Assembly (NCBI GenBank): GCA_951406725.2
Contig: OX597817.1
Coordinates: forward strand, 88,784,001 to 88,848,000
From: Octopus vulgaris
Lineage: Eukaryota
Direction: 5' to 3'
Length of the DNA stretch: 64,000 nt
The notes under the pieces are model-generated. The model did not search any database. It saw only the letters and a program-made list of their open reading frames with translations, and was not told the DNA's origin. Position numbers and translations under genes: made by a program. Shown here one piece after another: positions 12,780 through 25,762 of the stretch. Numbering within the stretch: the first letter of the stretch is position 1; each line of letters opens with the position of its first letter.

Positions 12780-14241
12780 TATTCTCCCCTCCATACACAC
12801 ACAAGCATGTATCTGACTCATGCATTGTTCGCTTTCCAGACATTTGTACATTACTGCATGTGCTTTAGAAGTTGTGGTGCACCTGAGCACTGTATACAAT
12901 AATTTCATTATTATTATATGTGAATGAATGTAACAAAGGGAAGAAGAATAGAATTTTGTAGCCCACAAACTTGATGGTATTCAACGAGTATGGCAACAGC
13001 CTTCAAAGTTCAAAACAAAGGGCTAAAGTTAGTGGTCCCTAAGTTAAATTGTTTTTTTTTTTCTGCTGAGATTAACAAGATACATTGTGTCAGCGAAGGA
13101 AAACAGATAATCTAACACCGGTACAATATATACATATTGTGTTAAACGCTGAAACTTCTGGAGATTTTGCTTCAGCTATCTTGTTTCCATTCAAGCCAAT
13201 TCGATAACAACTTTTCCCGGTTTACTCGGGATATTGGTTCTGCGAGTCACCGCGTACATCGTATAAATTGAGCAATGTTTTTAATGATATTTCTATTAAC
13301 AACCATTTTCCAACATTCGTAAAATGTGTGTAACTCTAAGGAAAGTAACTCAAATTGTAATAAAGAGACTGTAGGTTGTTATAGTAGTGGTGGCAGCAGC
13401 AGTGATGTCAGTGTTGATAAGAGTGGAGAGAGGGGGAAGAGAGGGAGAGAGGGAGGAAGAGGAGAAAGACAGGGGAAAAGAGGGAGAGAGAGAACAGAAA
13501 GAGACAATTCTAAGAAGTGAAATGCTGTGTGGCTCACCTTGATTTTAGTTATCTCATTCTCTGATTCACACCCTCTCTATGTTTCTCCATTCACCATTAT
13601 CAACATTGGCATCGTTGCTGCTCTTTTGCCACCACCATTGCCATAACAAGTTTCTCACGTGTGTATGTATTTACATGTGTGTGATTGTGTGTGTGTGTAG
13701 TTTTTTGTTTGCTGTGGCGAGCATTCACGTATGAGTGAGCGTAGATATCTTTTAATATGTAAGTATTATTATTTGGTTTATGCTACTGCTCACTTGAGAG
13801 CAGAGAATGTGTAGCTATATTTTGAGGTGTAAATATTATTACCCGAATGTTTCCTTAAATGCAATTATACATTTTACCTATTTTCAAAAATTTGTATATT
13901 CTCTTTGTAGAATGACTTCACTGTCATCAACAATTCCATTGCCAACATTTTTAGCTGAACTGAGATGCAAATTAGATTTGTTTTACATTGTATAAAATCT
14001 AGAAGATTATCTAAATTTTTAAATTGTAATCTTGTGATAGATTCTACAATTTTGGTATACATGCACAAATTAGATATGTCTCAATGTATGCAAATTTTTA
14101 AATAATTACCTTGTGAATAAGATAGTCTTTTAATTGGTTTAATTTTTCATGTATTATTGTATATGCATATTATTTATTAATTAAAGTATTTCGTCGTTTA
14201 CATATTTTAACCCGTAATGAATAAAAAAAAAAAGTTGTGCT

Positions 14242-14409
14242 ACTTTAGCATGCAATCTACCACAGTATTCGCAGTCTATGCTGTGAAAGAACCTGATCTT
14301 GGTTAGGGTTAAGGTTAAGTTTTAGGGTTAGAGTTTAGGGTTTAGTGTTAGAGTTAGAGTTAAACTGCGTGTTAAAGTGTAAATGACCAGGTAGACTGCA
14401 CGCTGAAGT
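14242..14409. mobile_element. MITE with 20-bp TIRs and internal TTAGGG-like repeats
   Basis: actttagcatgcaatctacc (14242-14261) and ggtagactgcacgctgaagt (14390-14409) are inverted with 3 mismatches. A partial second copy lies at about 7570-7672. Confidence 0.7.
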
Positions 14410-14555
14410 TATATAAAAATGTTTTGTAATAAAAGTGAAGACATAGATGCGAAAGGTAGTGATATGGTTACATAGGTTCGAAACAGCTTCCAATTAGACA
14501 TTTCGTATTTTAGTTTAACAAAGTAACCTCACGACCAAAGTCCCATGACGGTATG

Positions 14556-14680
14556 TGTAGACGTGGCTGTGTGGTAAGAAAGTTTGCTTCCTAGTCACAT
14601 GGTTTTGGGTTCAGTCTTCTACTATAGCCACGAGCCGACCAAAGCCTTGTGAGTGGATTTGGTAGAGAAAACAGACACAG
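14556..14680 (+). mobile_element. tRNA-derived SINE head (family C), partial
   Basis: gtggctgtgtggtaag...ggttcagtc; matches the reverse complement of about 56400-56528. Confidence 0.7.
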
Positions 14681-14780
14681 AAGATCAAGTTGAAAACATA
14701 TACTAAATGCTCAGATGAACGGAAAACAAACACAGACGGTCACCAACTACTCATCAGTAATCGGCCAGAATGTCAAACGT

Positions 14781-15016
14781 TTCTTATTTCTTTATTGCCC
14801 ACAAGGGGCTAAACATAGAGGGGACAAACAAGAACAGACAAACGGATTAAGTCGGTTAGATCGACTCCAGTGCGTAACTGGTACTTAATTTATCGACCCC
14901 GAAAGGATGAAAGGTAAAGTCGACCTCGGTGGAATTTGAACTCAGAACGTAACGGCAGACGAAATACGGCTACGCATTTTGCCCGGCGTGCTAACGTTTC
15001 TGCCAGCTCGCTGCCT
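14781..15016 (-). mobile_element. tRNA-derived SINE family B (Meta-domain-like core)
   Basis: Minus strand aggcagcgagctggcagaaacgttagc...gagttcaaattcc...gtcgactttacctttcatcctttcggggtcgataaattaagtaccag; at least 9 copies in the window. Confidence 0.88.
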
Positions 15017-15094
15017 GTATTCCTTATAATATTGATACGCGTGTTAATTATATCGTGTATGTTTTCTTAAATTCTAAGACTTACAGAAAAGTAT

Positions 15095-16447
15095 AGTTAT
15101 AGTGGGCGTTATGTCCGTCTGTCTGTCTGTCCCGCCTTCACGGTCAAACGGCTGGACGAATGGTCACGATGTTTTCCGGGATTACGAAGGAGGTAATCAG
15201 GAAGGCCTTTAGCGGAAAAAAAATGTGAAAAAGTATGATTATTTAGTGGATATTGAGTTTTGTATTAATAAATTACCTTCGACTTTTTCTTTTTGTTAAA
15301 ATTCCGGCGACGTGGATTAACTCTGGATTCCCCCACCCGTCGTAGATGTACCGATTTGCTATCTTACTTTAACAGGCGTTATATCCGCCTCTTTGTTCCT
15401 TCTTTACGGCCAGACGGCTGGACCAATGGTTACGATATTTTCAGGATTACAAAGACGGTCGTCAGAAAGTATGATTATTTTGTGGATATTGATTTTTAAA
15501 TTGATAAACCACCTCCACATTTTTATTAAAAAATCACCGACCACGAGTTAGTCTGGATTTTCATCATTTAGTTCGTGACCCCCATCGTAGATACGAAGGG
15601 GTCGCGGGGACGGTTGATAGCGAAAATAAAATGGAAAAAGTGTGTTAGTATATAGTGTGTGATTATTTAGCGGTTATTGAAGCGTGTCAGTTTCGAGTAG
15701 TATTCGAAACGGCTAATCGAAGCGCCTGTTGTTTACATCTCAGTTTTGCCAAGCAAAATAACCCATGTTACCAGAACATCCAGACATTATTTGCACAGAA
15801 GTGTGAGAGGTAAGTCTTAGTTTGATTTTTTTGCAACTCTAAAGATTCCGCTCGCACATTTACAACAAACAAGGCACAAGGCCAGACTTTACATCGCGTA
15901 GGTGTATTTTTACACACTCCGATGTTTACACATGGCCAGTTATACGTCGCTATGAGTAGAGCAACGGACTCCAGCGAATTTGAAAATTAGAGTCGACCTA
16001 ACAGAAAATATCGTCTGCAAAGAAGTTTTGTAATTATACTGATATTATCGAAAGGAATATGATTCATAATTCAAATAAGGAAATTTGTGAACTTTGAAAG
16101 TATAAGATAAAATCTAAGTATATCTAAATAACATTTTTTCTTAATACTTTTTATGTAGTGGTCGAAGGAAGCTCTGGATTTCGTTAGAAGAGGACCACAT
16201 AACCATTCATGATACAGAGGCTGGGAGCCTATTTCAGTTCGGGAGTGAATCATCATGACATGTCACTTAGTCGCAAATACGTCATATAGGCTGCAACAGA
16301 ATGCTATATCACCAACAATAATATGATATCTCAAAGACATCACCCAGCAATCAATCAAGTTCATTTTCACATTTCTCAATACATACTACTGTTATGACAT
16401 CCCTCCCTCATTCTATGCTTCTATCGTAGATGGGTAGATCTGCTAGT
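15095..16447 (+). mobile_element. Decayed non-autonomous Helitron/Helentron-like repeat(s)
   Basis: (GTCT)n followed by acggctggac motif, duplicated at about 15105 and 15375; ends in ctgCTAGt at about 16447. Confidence 0.45.
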
Positions 16448-16909
16448 TATTCTAAAACATGCAACTGGATAACTGCGCTGTTGGACTTTTATTCTATATT
16501 ATCAAACAATTTGAGTAAAGCAATGCTGAATTTCCATCGTATTTTTTGTGTGTATCATTTATAGAATCCAACATATGTTTGCTGTATTCCAGTTTCACCG
16601 TTTGTTGAGTTGAAGATTTTCCACCTTTGAGTGGTTAATTGTACTTGTGTTCCTTTAATATAGTGTAAAGCGACTTCATTTCTTTTCAGCTAATCCGGTG
16701 ACGTTTCTAATTATAAGATTTATAAATTACGAGTATTAATTCGATTATGAAATCCATTTTATTTTTGGAGTTGTTTATTAATGCACATTTGAGGTTGAAC
16801 TGAAAATTTCCCTTGTGGTCTTTGAGGGTGATATAGGGTAATTGTATGACAAGGCACGTGGTCTTCTAGCTAATGCAGCTAGTGATTTTGCTTCCATTCA
16901 TGTTTATAA

Positions 16910-17570
16910 TGCAGATATGCTAGATATAGTAGCTAAATTTCCCTAAAATCACTCCCTACCATCTTGAATAAGGAAAGGACATACAAAATAATTTATTTCT
17001 CTGTACCTCTAAAAGAAGAGATAATCACATTTGAAATGCCTTTGATAAATAACAACCTAACGTAGCAGCCTCTGGTGCACTTTGAATTTCTTAAGTATAG
17101 CAGCAAAATCTCCCTCGAATTAACATATCATTAAAAAAAAGAGAAAGACATAGTAGAAGATGTAGCTTAATATGGCCCTACAACTCGAAAATGAGTGATT
17201 GGGGGCTACAATAAGAATAGTAATAATTCAACTTGGGAAATAATAGACACAGTTCTTCTTCCAGTACCAGAATGCTGAGACAAGCCACCAAAGAAGGCTT
17301 TATGCGATTGTTGAATGTTTTAGAAATAGCAGCCAAATTTACCTCTAAATATAGTCCATCAACTAAAAAAAAAAAATGTTATGTTGGCTAAAGCAGCCCT
17401 ATAGATCCAAAATCTTTTTCGGAGCTGCCTTGACTGGTGGAATAAAAGGAAGTTATCAGACTGGAAACCGAATGTTTGTAGACAGTGGACTCCGCTAAAA
17501 GTAGCCGATGGCCAATGGTGGTGATAAAACGGAATAGTCACGGTTGGAACGCCTTTGATAACAGGTTGGC
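16910..17570 (+). repeat. Tandem decayed copies of an interspersed repeat (tagaaatagcagccaaat...)
   Basis: Motif at about 16920, 17095 and 17320; also seen at about 19500, 19740 and 56815. Confidence 0.5.
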
Positions 17571-18321
17571 TCAATCAAGGTCGACCTGCTGCTAAACAGC
17601 AACAGCAACAACAGTAATAACAATTCAGAGAAAAGAGCTGTGGCAGTCGTCGTCGTCGTCGTCGGTTATCTCTCAAAGTCTAATATGGCAAACCGACGAT
17701 CGTCTGCAGCGATTATGGAAGAAAGAAAAGAAAGAAAAGAGAAGGGAAGAAAGGAAGAGTCGGTCACAGATTAACATTTAACCTGTGACCTCTAAATGTG
17801 GAGATAAATTTTCAGTGAAAAAGATCAGTGAAATATATAATCTCATATCTCGCGCTACTATAAATCATGATGGAAAACGTAAACATTGGGGCTGATACTT
17901 GTACATCGTTGATGATATACAATCAATAATAGTTTTTAGTAAACCTGTGTCTGTGTGTGTTTGCTTGTGTGTGCGTGTCTGTGTACGTTTGTATATGTGT
18001 GTTTACTTTCGTGGCAAATATGGTGCACATATGTATGTGTGTGTATGTGTGTACACGTCTGTTCATGTGTGTGTGTGTGTGTGTTCATGTGTGAGTGTGA
18101 AGGCGAGACAGAGAGGGCAATAGATAGGTAGGCAGAAAAAGAGAGAGAGAAGGGGGAGGGAGAGAAAGTAGGAGCAGAGAGATAGGGAGATACTGTATCT
18201 CGATGTTTATGTATATGAATGCTTGTACATATATGTGTATTAGAGAGAGTTTCAGTGTTGATGCATGTGTGTGTGTTTGTGTGTGTAGAGAGAGAGCGAG
18301 AGAGAGAGAGAGAGAGAAAGT

Positions 18322-18352
<31 letters not shown>

Positions 18353-20125
18353 AGTGAAAGAGACAGAGAGAGAAGGAGAAATATATTGTTTTAGTGTTTA
18401 TGAATAAATGTACGGCTTTGTGCATGTGTAACTATTTCTGTATGTGTGTGTGTAAGTGTATTTACATACCGGTGGAAGCTCTCCGGAGATAATCTTCCTT
18501 GATCTTGGGTAGTAGTCTTAATCCATCGCCCAATTTAAACCCACCACTGGCCCTTGGCTGCCTTTAACGGTGTTCACTCTGTTATAAAAATTCATATCAA
18601 GTCTCCCATCTGGGGATAAATTTTTACCTTTATCCCACCAGTCACGAAAGCTCTGAAAAAGGCTCATAGATGCCACCCTCTCTTTCACTAAGTCATGTAA
18701 AAATAGAATATAAGCAAGAGATGGTAGTTGGCAGACATCTTAGAAGCAGAACTAAATACCGTCATCTCTACACAAGTATTCCCGATCGACTTTGTTTCCT
18801 CATAACTTTTATAAAAACGGATATTTTTTAAATACATTTCAAATGGTGTAGACTTCGATTACATCGGAATTTGTTGTGAAAAAGTTTTCAAATTGGGGAA
18901 GAGAGACATTTCGGATAATTTACACAAACAGACATTACTTCCTTATAACTTTCTGACAGGAGGTTATTTTTCAATGAAATTTTCTACAAATGCTTTCAGA
19001 TGATATACATTATGATTATATCAGAATTTAATGTGAAAACAAAGTTTGTGGATGAGCATACATACATACTCACCCATTTCACACACACACACACACATAT
19101 GGGGATCTGGACAAAAGTTTCCGAGGACAAAAGCCCCGCCGCGGTTATAATTTTCGGTTATGCTTTCGTATTTAGAATTTTTAGTTGAATGTATCGACCC
19201 CAGAATTTTTTTATTACTTGTTGCAGTTATTAGACTGCAGCCGGCCATGCTGGGGCAACACCCTGAAGAATTTTTAGATGGCTATATGGAACCCAGAATT
19301 TTTTAAAGCTTGATCAAAATAACTTCTGTGATATAATTAATTCTTGCTTTTCTTTTTACCTGTTGCAGTCATTAGACTGCGACCATGCTGGGCCACCATC
19401 TTGAGGAATTTTTAGTCGATTGTATCGACCCCAGTTTTTTTATTTTAGATGATTTTGAACCAGCGAATGAAGTTAAGCTTAGAGGGTCTCTCGACATGCT
19501 AGAAATAACAGCCAAATCTCTAGAAATTTTTTTTACGACCAATCCTCGGTTATATATATTTTTTGGTTATTCTTGTTTTTTTTTTCTTTCTAACAATCTT
19601 TTTACTGGTTTCAGTCACTGGACTGCGGCCATGCTGGGGTACTACACTGAAGAATTTTTAGTCGAATGTATCGACCCCAGAATCTTTTTTAGGTGAGTTT
19701 CAATTAGCACAATGTTAAGCCTAGGTCTCCCCACGTGTTAGAAATAACAGCCAAATTTTACAAATATTTTTTTATAATTTCACGTAAACAAAAACGAAAA
19801 TCACGGTTGTAAAAAAAAAATTGTTTTCCAAAATTCCAACTTTTAAGTAAACAAAATATATTCAATCGAAAAACGGTGTCAAAACATCTATGTCCCCCAC
19901 AATGGTAATTTCTGTGTGTTTAAATTATTTTCCTGGTTTTTAGAATAACTTTAAAGCTTGAAAATGAATATAAATCAACCTTAACATTAATAATAGAATA
20001 ACAGAACACAAGACTCTTTATTACTCAATGTACATATTGTCTGAATTCCAACAAAAGGGAAAGCATTTATTAAAGTATAAAATTTGTAGAAAAGAAAAAA
20101 AAGTTTGTGTCTGGAGAGAGTCATT

Positions 20126-21290
20126 GGATCTTTTCGGTTTGAACGGCAGTTTTTTCTAGCGGTGTCATGAAATTGTCACCCATAATTATGACCCTAGTAT
20201 CGATCTATTGCATTTCAATCTGTTTTAGGGTTAGGGTTACAGTTAGGGGATCTTTTCCTTTTGAACGGCAGTTTGTAACATAATTTCTAGGTAACTAAAA
20301 AAATTTAAACTTTGTATACTGGTAGAATGTATTTATAAAACATCATTTTCTCTTGGATTTATTGAGAAAATTCTATAGGTAGTCTAAAATTTCTTGCATT
20401 TCGGCAATTTTAATCACTTACCTCCATTGATGTAAATAACATTCTGTGCGTAATGAATATGTCTCTCGTTTAAGAAACATTTGTGAAGAAAAAAGATACC
20501 CTTCCCCACTCCTAACCCTAAATCTAAAATAGATTGAAATGCAATAGATCGATACTAGGGTTATAATTATGGGTGACAATTTCATACGACACCGCTATAA
20601 AAAAACGTAGCGGTGTCATATGAATTTGTCACCCATAATTATAACCCTAGTATCGATCTATTGCATTTCAATCTATTTTAGAGTTAGGGTTATGGTTAGG
20701 GGTGGGGGAAGGGTATCTTTTTTTTCTTCACAAATGTAAATAAACCCAATCTGTTTCTTAAAGGAGGGACATATTCATGTGGCACAGAATGTTGTTTACC
20801 TAACTGGACGCCAGTGATTGGTTAAAATTGCCGAAATGCAAGAAATTAAAGACGAAATATGTTACAACCTATAGAATTTTCTCAATAAAGCCAAGAGAAA
20901 ATGATGTTTTATAAACACATTCTACCAGTATACGAAGTTTAAAAGTGTTTAGTTAACTAGAAAAGATCCGAGTTAGGGTTAGTTAGGGTTAGGGTTTGGG
21001 GAAGAGTATTTTTTTTTTCTTCAGAAATGTAAATAAACCCAATCTATTTCTTAAACGAGGGACATATTCATACAGCACAGAATGCTTTTTAACTCAATGG
21101 ACGTCACTGATTGGTTGAAATTGCAGAAATTAAAGAAAAAACAACAAATATCTTACAAACTATAGAATTTTCTCAATAAAGCCAAGAGAAAAAGATGTTT
21201 TATAAACACATTCTACCAGTATACGAAGTTAAAAAATTTTCAGTTACCTAGAAATTATGTTAAAAACTGCCGTTCAAACTGGAAAGATCC
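20126..21290. mobile_element. MITE (TIR GGATCTTTTCGGTTTGAACGGCAGTTTT) containing a nested palindromic dimer of itself (20248-20969)
   Basis: Outer TIRs at 20126 and 21290. Inner element is flanked by cagttagg/gagttagg and is self-complementary around about 20604. Confidence 0.85.
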
Positions 21291-21744
21291 TCCACTTATT
21301 TCTTTTTTATTTTCCTAAAATTTTCGTTGCGTCTTGCAACCTTTTCAATAGTTTTGACTCTGTCCGTTATTCACACTGCGTTCCTTTTTGATTGTGCGCA
21401 TGTGTGTGTGGGTTAGTGTTTGTGCGCGCGCGCGCGTATGTGTGTGTGTGTGCCTACACATGTATGTATGTATTTATGTATGTATATATGTATGTATGCA
21501 TGTGTGCGTATGCATGTATGTGTGTGTGCATATGTATATATGTATGCATGTGTTTATATTTGTGTGTATGTATTCTGCATATTCATGTGTTTGCAAGTCC
21601 GTGTTTGTGTTTTTATGTATGTGTGTGTGTGTGTTTGTATATGTGTGTGTGTACCTCTGTCTCCTTGTGTGTGCATGTCTGAGCGTGTGTGTGTTTTGCA
21701 ACTATGTACCGTGTTTGCTAATGTTTTATGAATACAAGGAATAG

Positions 21745-22887
21745 TTTTATTCTTGAACGTAAGCACCCATATTGTCAATGCACTTTTACCATTTCAGCCT
21801 TAGCTTGTCCAGCCCGGAATTGTAATAGCCTGACAATCTGGAGTCAATAAAATCTTGGAAAGCCTGTTTTACAGCATCATCGGAATTAAACTTTTTTCCT
21901 ATCAAAAAGTTATCCAAATTCTGGAAGAAGTGGTAGTCAGTGAGGGCAAGATCTTGTAATTTCGCCAATGTCATTTTTGCGATGTGTGGTCTGGTGTTAT
22001 CTTCCAATAAAATAGGAGTGGATCTATTGACTAATCTCGGCTGTTTTTTATCTTTTTTGTACTTCGGCCGTGATTGATGAGCTAGGTTTAATGAAATCAT
22101 AATGGATCGAACATGCGCCAGACCACCAAACATACACCATCAGCTTCTTTTGATGAATTTTGCTTTTTGGACTGTGTTTTGGTGGCTTGTCTTTGTCCAA
22201 CCATTGTGCTGAACGTTTACGGTTGTTATATTAGGTCCATCTCTCATCACATGTTACAATTCAATTCAAAAATGATTCATTTTTGTGACGAGAAAGTAGC
22301 ATAATGCAGGCTTCCAAACGTTACTGTTTCTGATTTTCATTGAGTTCATGTGGAACCCACTCATTCAACTTTTTCATTTTCCGATTTAAACTAGGTGAGT
22401 CAATATTGTTTGCTTGCTAACGCCAAACAACAACGATAATTCACGGGCACTTTAAGATGGATCTGACTCCACGGTGGCTTTCAGTTCGTCATTATCCACA
22501 TTTGTTTCTGATCGACCGCGTTGCTCGTTTGTGAGGTCAAAGTTACCAGAACAAAATTTTGCAAACCAATTTGATACTGTCTGCTGTGTAATAACATTAG
22601 AATGAAATACTCCATTAATATTCCGAGCTGTCTGTGATGCTGCATGTCCGACAAAAAAACTCATATTTCAAAACTGTACGAATTTCCGACTTAGTCATCT
22701 CTAAACAAAAATAGCAAAAAAACATTTTAGAAATATTTTATAAAGAGCAAAATGAGAATAAAGAAATAGATGTGACAGCTTTCTAACAAAAAATAAAGAT
22801 TGTCAAAATATAATAATGGCGCAAAATGAGCAGCTGTCCGAGTTTACCATATACCTAACTACAAATTTCATACTTGGCGACCTAATA
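21745..22887 (-). mobile_element. Mariner (D,D34D-type) transposon fossil
   Basis: TIR TATTAGGTCGCC at 22887; ATG 22698; TARNINGVF...TVSNWFAKF.SGNFDL; DNTRPH; TDYHFFQNL. Many frameshifts. Confidence 0.9.
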
Positions 22888-24252
22888 CTTCAAGAAATGT
22901 ATAGAAACATAAAAAACGATAAGAAGTACATTTCAATGATTATATATACACACATAATATGAAAGTAAATATTACATATATCTCTGACATGTTTTTTCTT
23001 CATAACAACCAAAATTTGTCATTTTCATGGAGAAACACCCGTCTCCTTATTTAGGCAAACAATAAGAAGTACGTTTGAAAGACTAGCCTTCTGTTAGACC
23101 TTCAACGGTCGGAGAAAGTTCAAAAGGTCAACTTATTATCATTAATCTGTATGTGCTGAGAAAAGAAAACAAAAGATTTTAATATATATCTTAAAATGCT
23201 GATTTTTCTGCGACCAAAAGTTCTTCAAGCTGGCGCTCCAGCATGGCCCCAGTCCAATGATTGAAACAAGGAAAAAGATTTTTCGCAAACAAAAATAACC
23301 GAGGGGTTATAAATAAATTTCAAGAGATTAGGCTGTTATTTCTAGTATGTGGAGATACCTTCTAGGCTTAACTTCATGCGCGGGTTGAAAATCATTAAAA
23401 AAATATTGTGGGGGCGTTACATTCGATTAAAAATTCTTCAAGGTGGTGCCCCAGCATGGCCGCAGTCTAATAATTGCAACAAGTAAAAATTTTAAAAATT
23501 CTAGCGTCGATACATTCAACTAAAGATTCTTCAAGGCGGTGCCCCAGCATGACCGCAGCGTGACTGAAACAAGCAAAAGGCGAAGAAAAAATATAAAAAA
23601 ATAATCGAAAAATATAACCGTGGGGTTTTTGTTGACTCTCACACTTTAACTATGTCCGAGGGACTTTTGTCCTGGTGGCGTGGGGCGGGGGGAGCTTTTG
23701 TCCTACACTCATATATATGTGCGCGTGCTCACCGACTTTTATTTTTCGTATTAAATTCCGATATACTTGTAATCTACACTGCCTGAAAGGTATTTGCAGA
23801 AAATTTTATTCTACAAAACATCCATTTCTGTGAAAGTTGTTGGGTGGGGATGCAAACCTGTGTAGGTATGCCTAACTACGTACCTCTTTACAGTCTCAGT
23901 TCAAATTCTTTGTGTTCATTTTCTTTCGCCACAGCTGTCTCGATGAAATAAATACCAATTATGTACCAAAGAATTAGTGGAACATATTCCTCGCATAAAA
24001 CTTGTGAAGCTTTATTACAATTTATAATAAAGCATTTTATGAACAATGACTTTATTGATTATTCGTTACCAAAGAGTTAATATACACCGGTTTACTAAAT
24101 TCAATATGGTGAGAGCGAGAAGGTAGCGTTTTTCTACTTGCGAGGATAACGACTGAAATGCAATTTTGTTCGACGTACCGATTTATCAGTATTTTCTCGT
24201 TGATGTAAATATTTCTCACTGACACACACACACAGACACACAGACACACACA

Positions 24253-24294
<42 letters not shown>

Positions 24295-24421
24295 CTCTCT
24301 CTCTCTCTCATGCACATCAGCAAGTGCGTACATATGTATATATACGTATTGTGTGTGTGTGTGTGTGTATATTATTTATATTTGTACATGTTTATGTACA
24401 TATACGTGTATCTCTGTCTGT

Positions 24422-24496
<75 letters not shown>

Positions 24497-24506
24497 CCCA
24501 TATATA

Positions 24507-25762
24507 AAGGGGTTGTACAAAATAATGGAAACACCATAAAATTTCAAACAAATTTATTTTAATATAGGGTAGGACCGCCTTTGGTAGTAATTGCAGCTTG
24601 AATTTTACGAGGTATGGACTCGTACAAAGTTTGAATTGTTTCCAAAGGAATTTTTGTCCTTTCTTCAGCTAAAACAGTCTCCAGTTCTTGTAGTGATGAT
24701 GGTGGAGGATATCAACTCCTTACTTGTTTTTCTAAAATTCACCATAAATGTTCAATAATATTGAGATCTGTGGTGGCCAGAAAAGATGTTCAACTTCACT
24801 AGAATGTTCCTTGTGCTATTCAGTAACAACTTTAGCTGTGTGAATTGGTGCATTATCATCCTGAAAGATTGCGTTCCCTCCGGAAACAGTTCCGCAACCA
24901 TAGGATGAATTTGATCAGATAAAAGGCTTAAATAGTCTTGACTAATTCTGCCATGAAGGGAAACCATTAGGCCAGCGGATTTCCAAGATATAACCACTCA
25001 GATCATCACAGATTTTGTTCCATGTTTAACAGTTGGAAGAAGGCAGTATGGGTCAAATGCTTCTTTTGGCTGTCTCCACACGTATACTCGGCCAGTGGTC
25101 GGAAATAAGGTAAGGGATGACTCGTCCGAGAAAATAACATTCTTCCACTGCTCTAGGGACCAATACTATAGGTGTTTTACTTCACTCTAAATGCTTTGCA
25201 ACGTTTGTTTTTGAAAGTAATGGTTTTCTAATTGCAGTCCTCCCGTGAAATCCGGCTTTGTGCAGCTCCCAGTGAACAGTTTTTGTGGAAACTGGGTTTT
25301 CGAGGTGGTCATTAAGCTCTGCAGTTTGGGAGCTGTACTTTTGTGATCCTTTCCAACAATTCGCGCAAGAGTCCGACGGTCCCTATCTGATAGTTTTGGT
25401 TTTCTTCCAGAGTTTTGTTTCGACGAGGAGGTTTTTCCCTCTTTTTTAAAGGTTGTCATTACTTTCGAGACAGTACTTCTTGATACACCAAACATTTCGG
25501 CTGTTTTCGTTACGCTAGCGCCTGCTATACGAGCACCATCAATTTGACCTCTTTGAAAGTCCGATAGATCTGACATTTTAATGAATTTTAATTACCTTTT
25601 TATGATGGTATCTGAAAAGAAACGGCAATTTTATCAAAACATATTAAGCAACACTAATAATAAATCAAAAAATATAAATATAAACACGTTTTTGGCGGTT
25701 TTATAGATATTTCAAAATTATGATGCTATGATGTTAGTTGTTTCCATTATTTTGTCCATCCC
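24507..25762 (-). mobile_element. Tc1-family transposon, frameshifted transposase
   Basis: TIRs aggggttgtacaaaataatggaaaca and tgtttccattattttgtccatccc; ORF 25187-25576 MSDLSDFQRGQI.GAR.AGASVTKTA...GRKPKLSDRDRR; FSDES motif downstream. Confidence 0.92.

Larger units (their letters stand above)
8600..12918 (+). mobile_element. Near full-length CR1-clade LINE (ORF1 PHD + ORF2 APE-RT), inactivated
   Basis: Two-ORF layout, CR1-type C-terminus RKHFFTLRVAEAWNKLP, 3' UTR ending in (ATT)n at about 12908-12918. 5' boundary approximate. Confidence 0.9.
19101..23710. mobile_element. Fold-back/MULE-like DNA element with long modular inverted arms and nested insertions
   Basis: Ends ggacaaaagt...ggacaaaagcccc and gggacttttgtcc...cttttgtcctacactc; 19140-19760 is a diverged inverted copy of 23200-23630. 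Confidence 0.65.

Noticed and set aside
15805-15815. Perfect AG|GTAAGT donor
   Set aside because: Lies in a Helitron-like decayed repeat with no supportable upstream exon.
20220-21000. True telomere or chromosome-fusion site
   Set aside because: The TTAGGG runs are short, degenerate and internal to MITEs.
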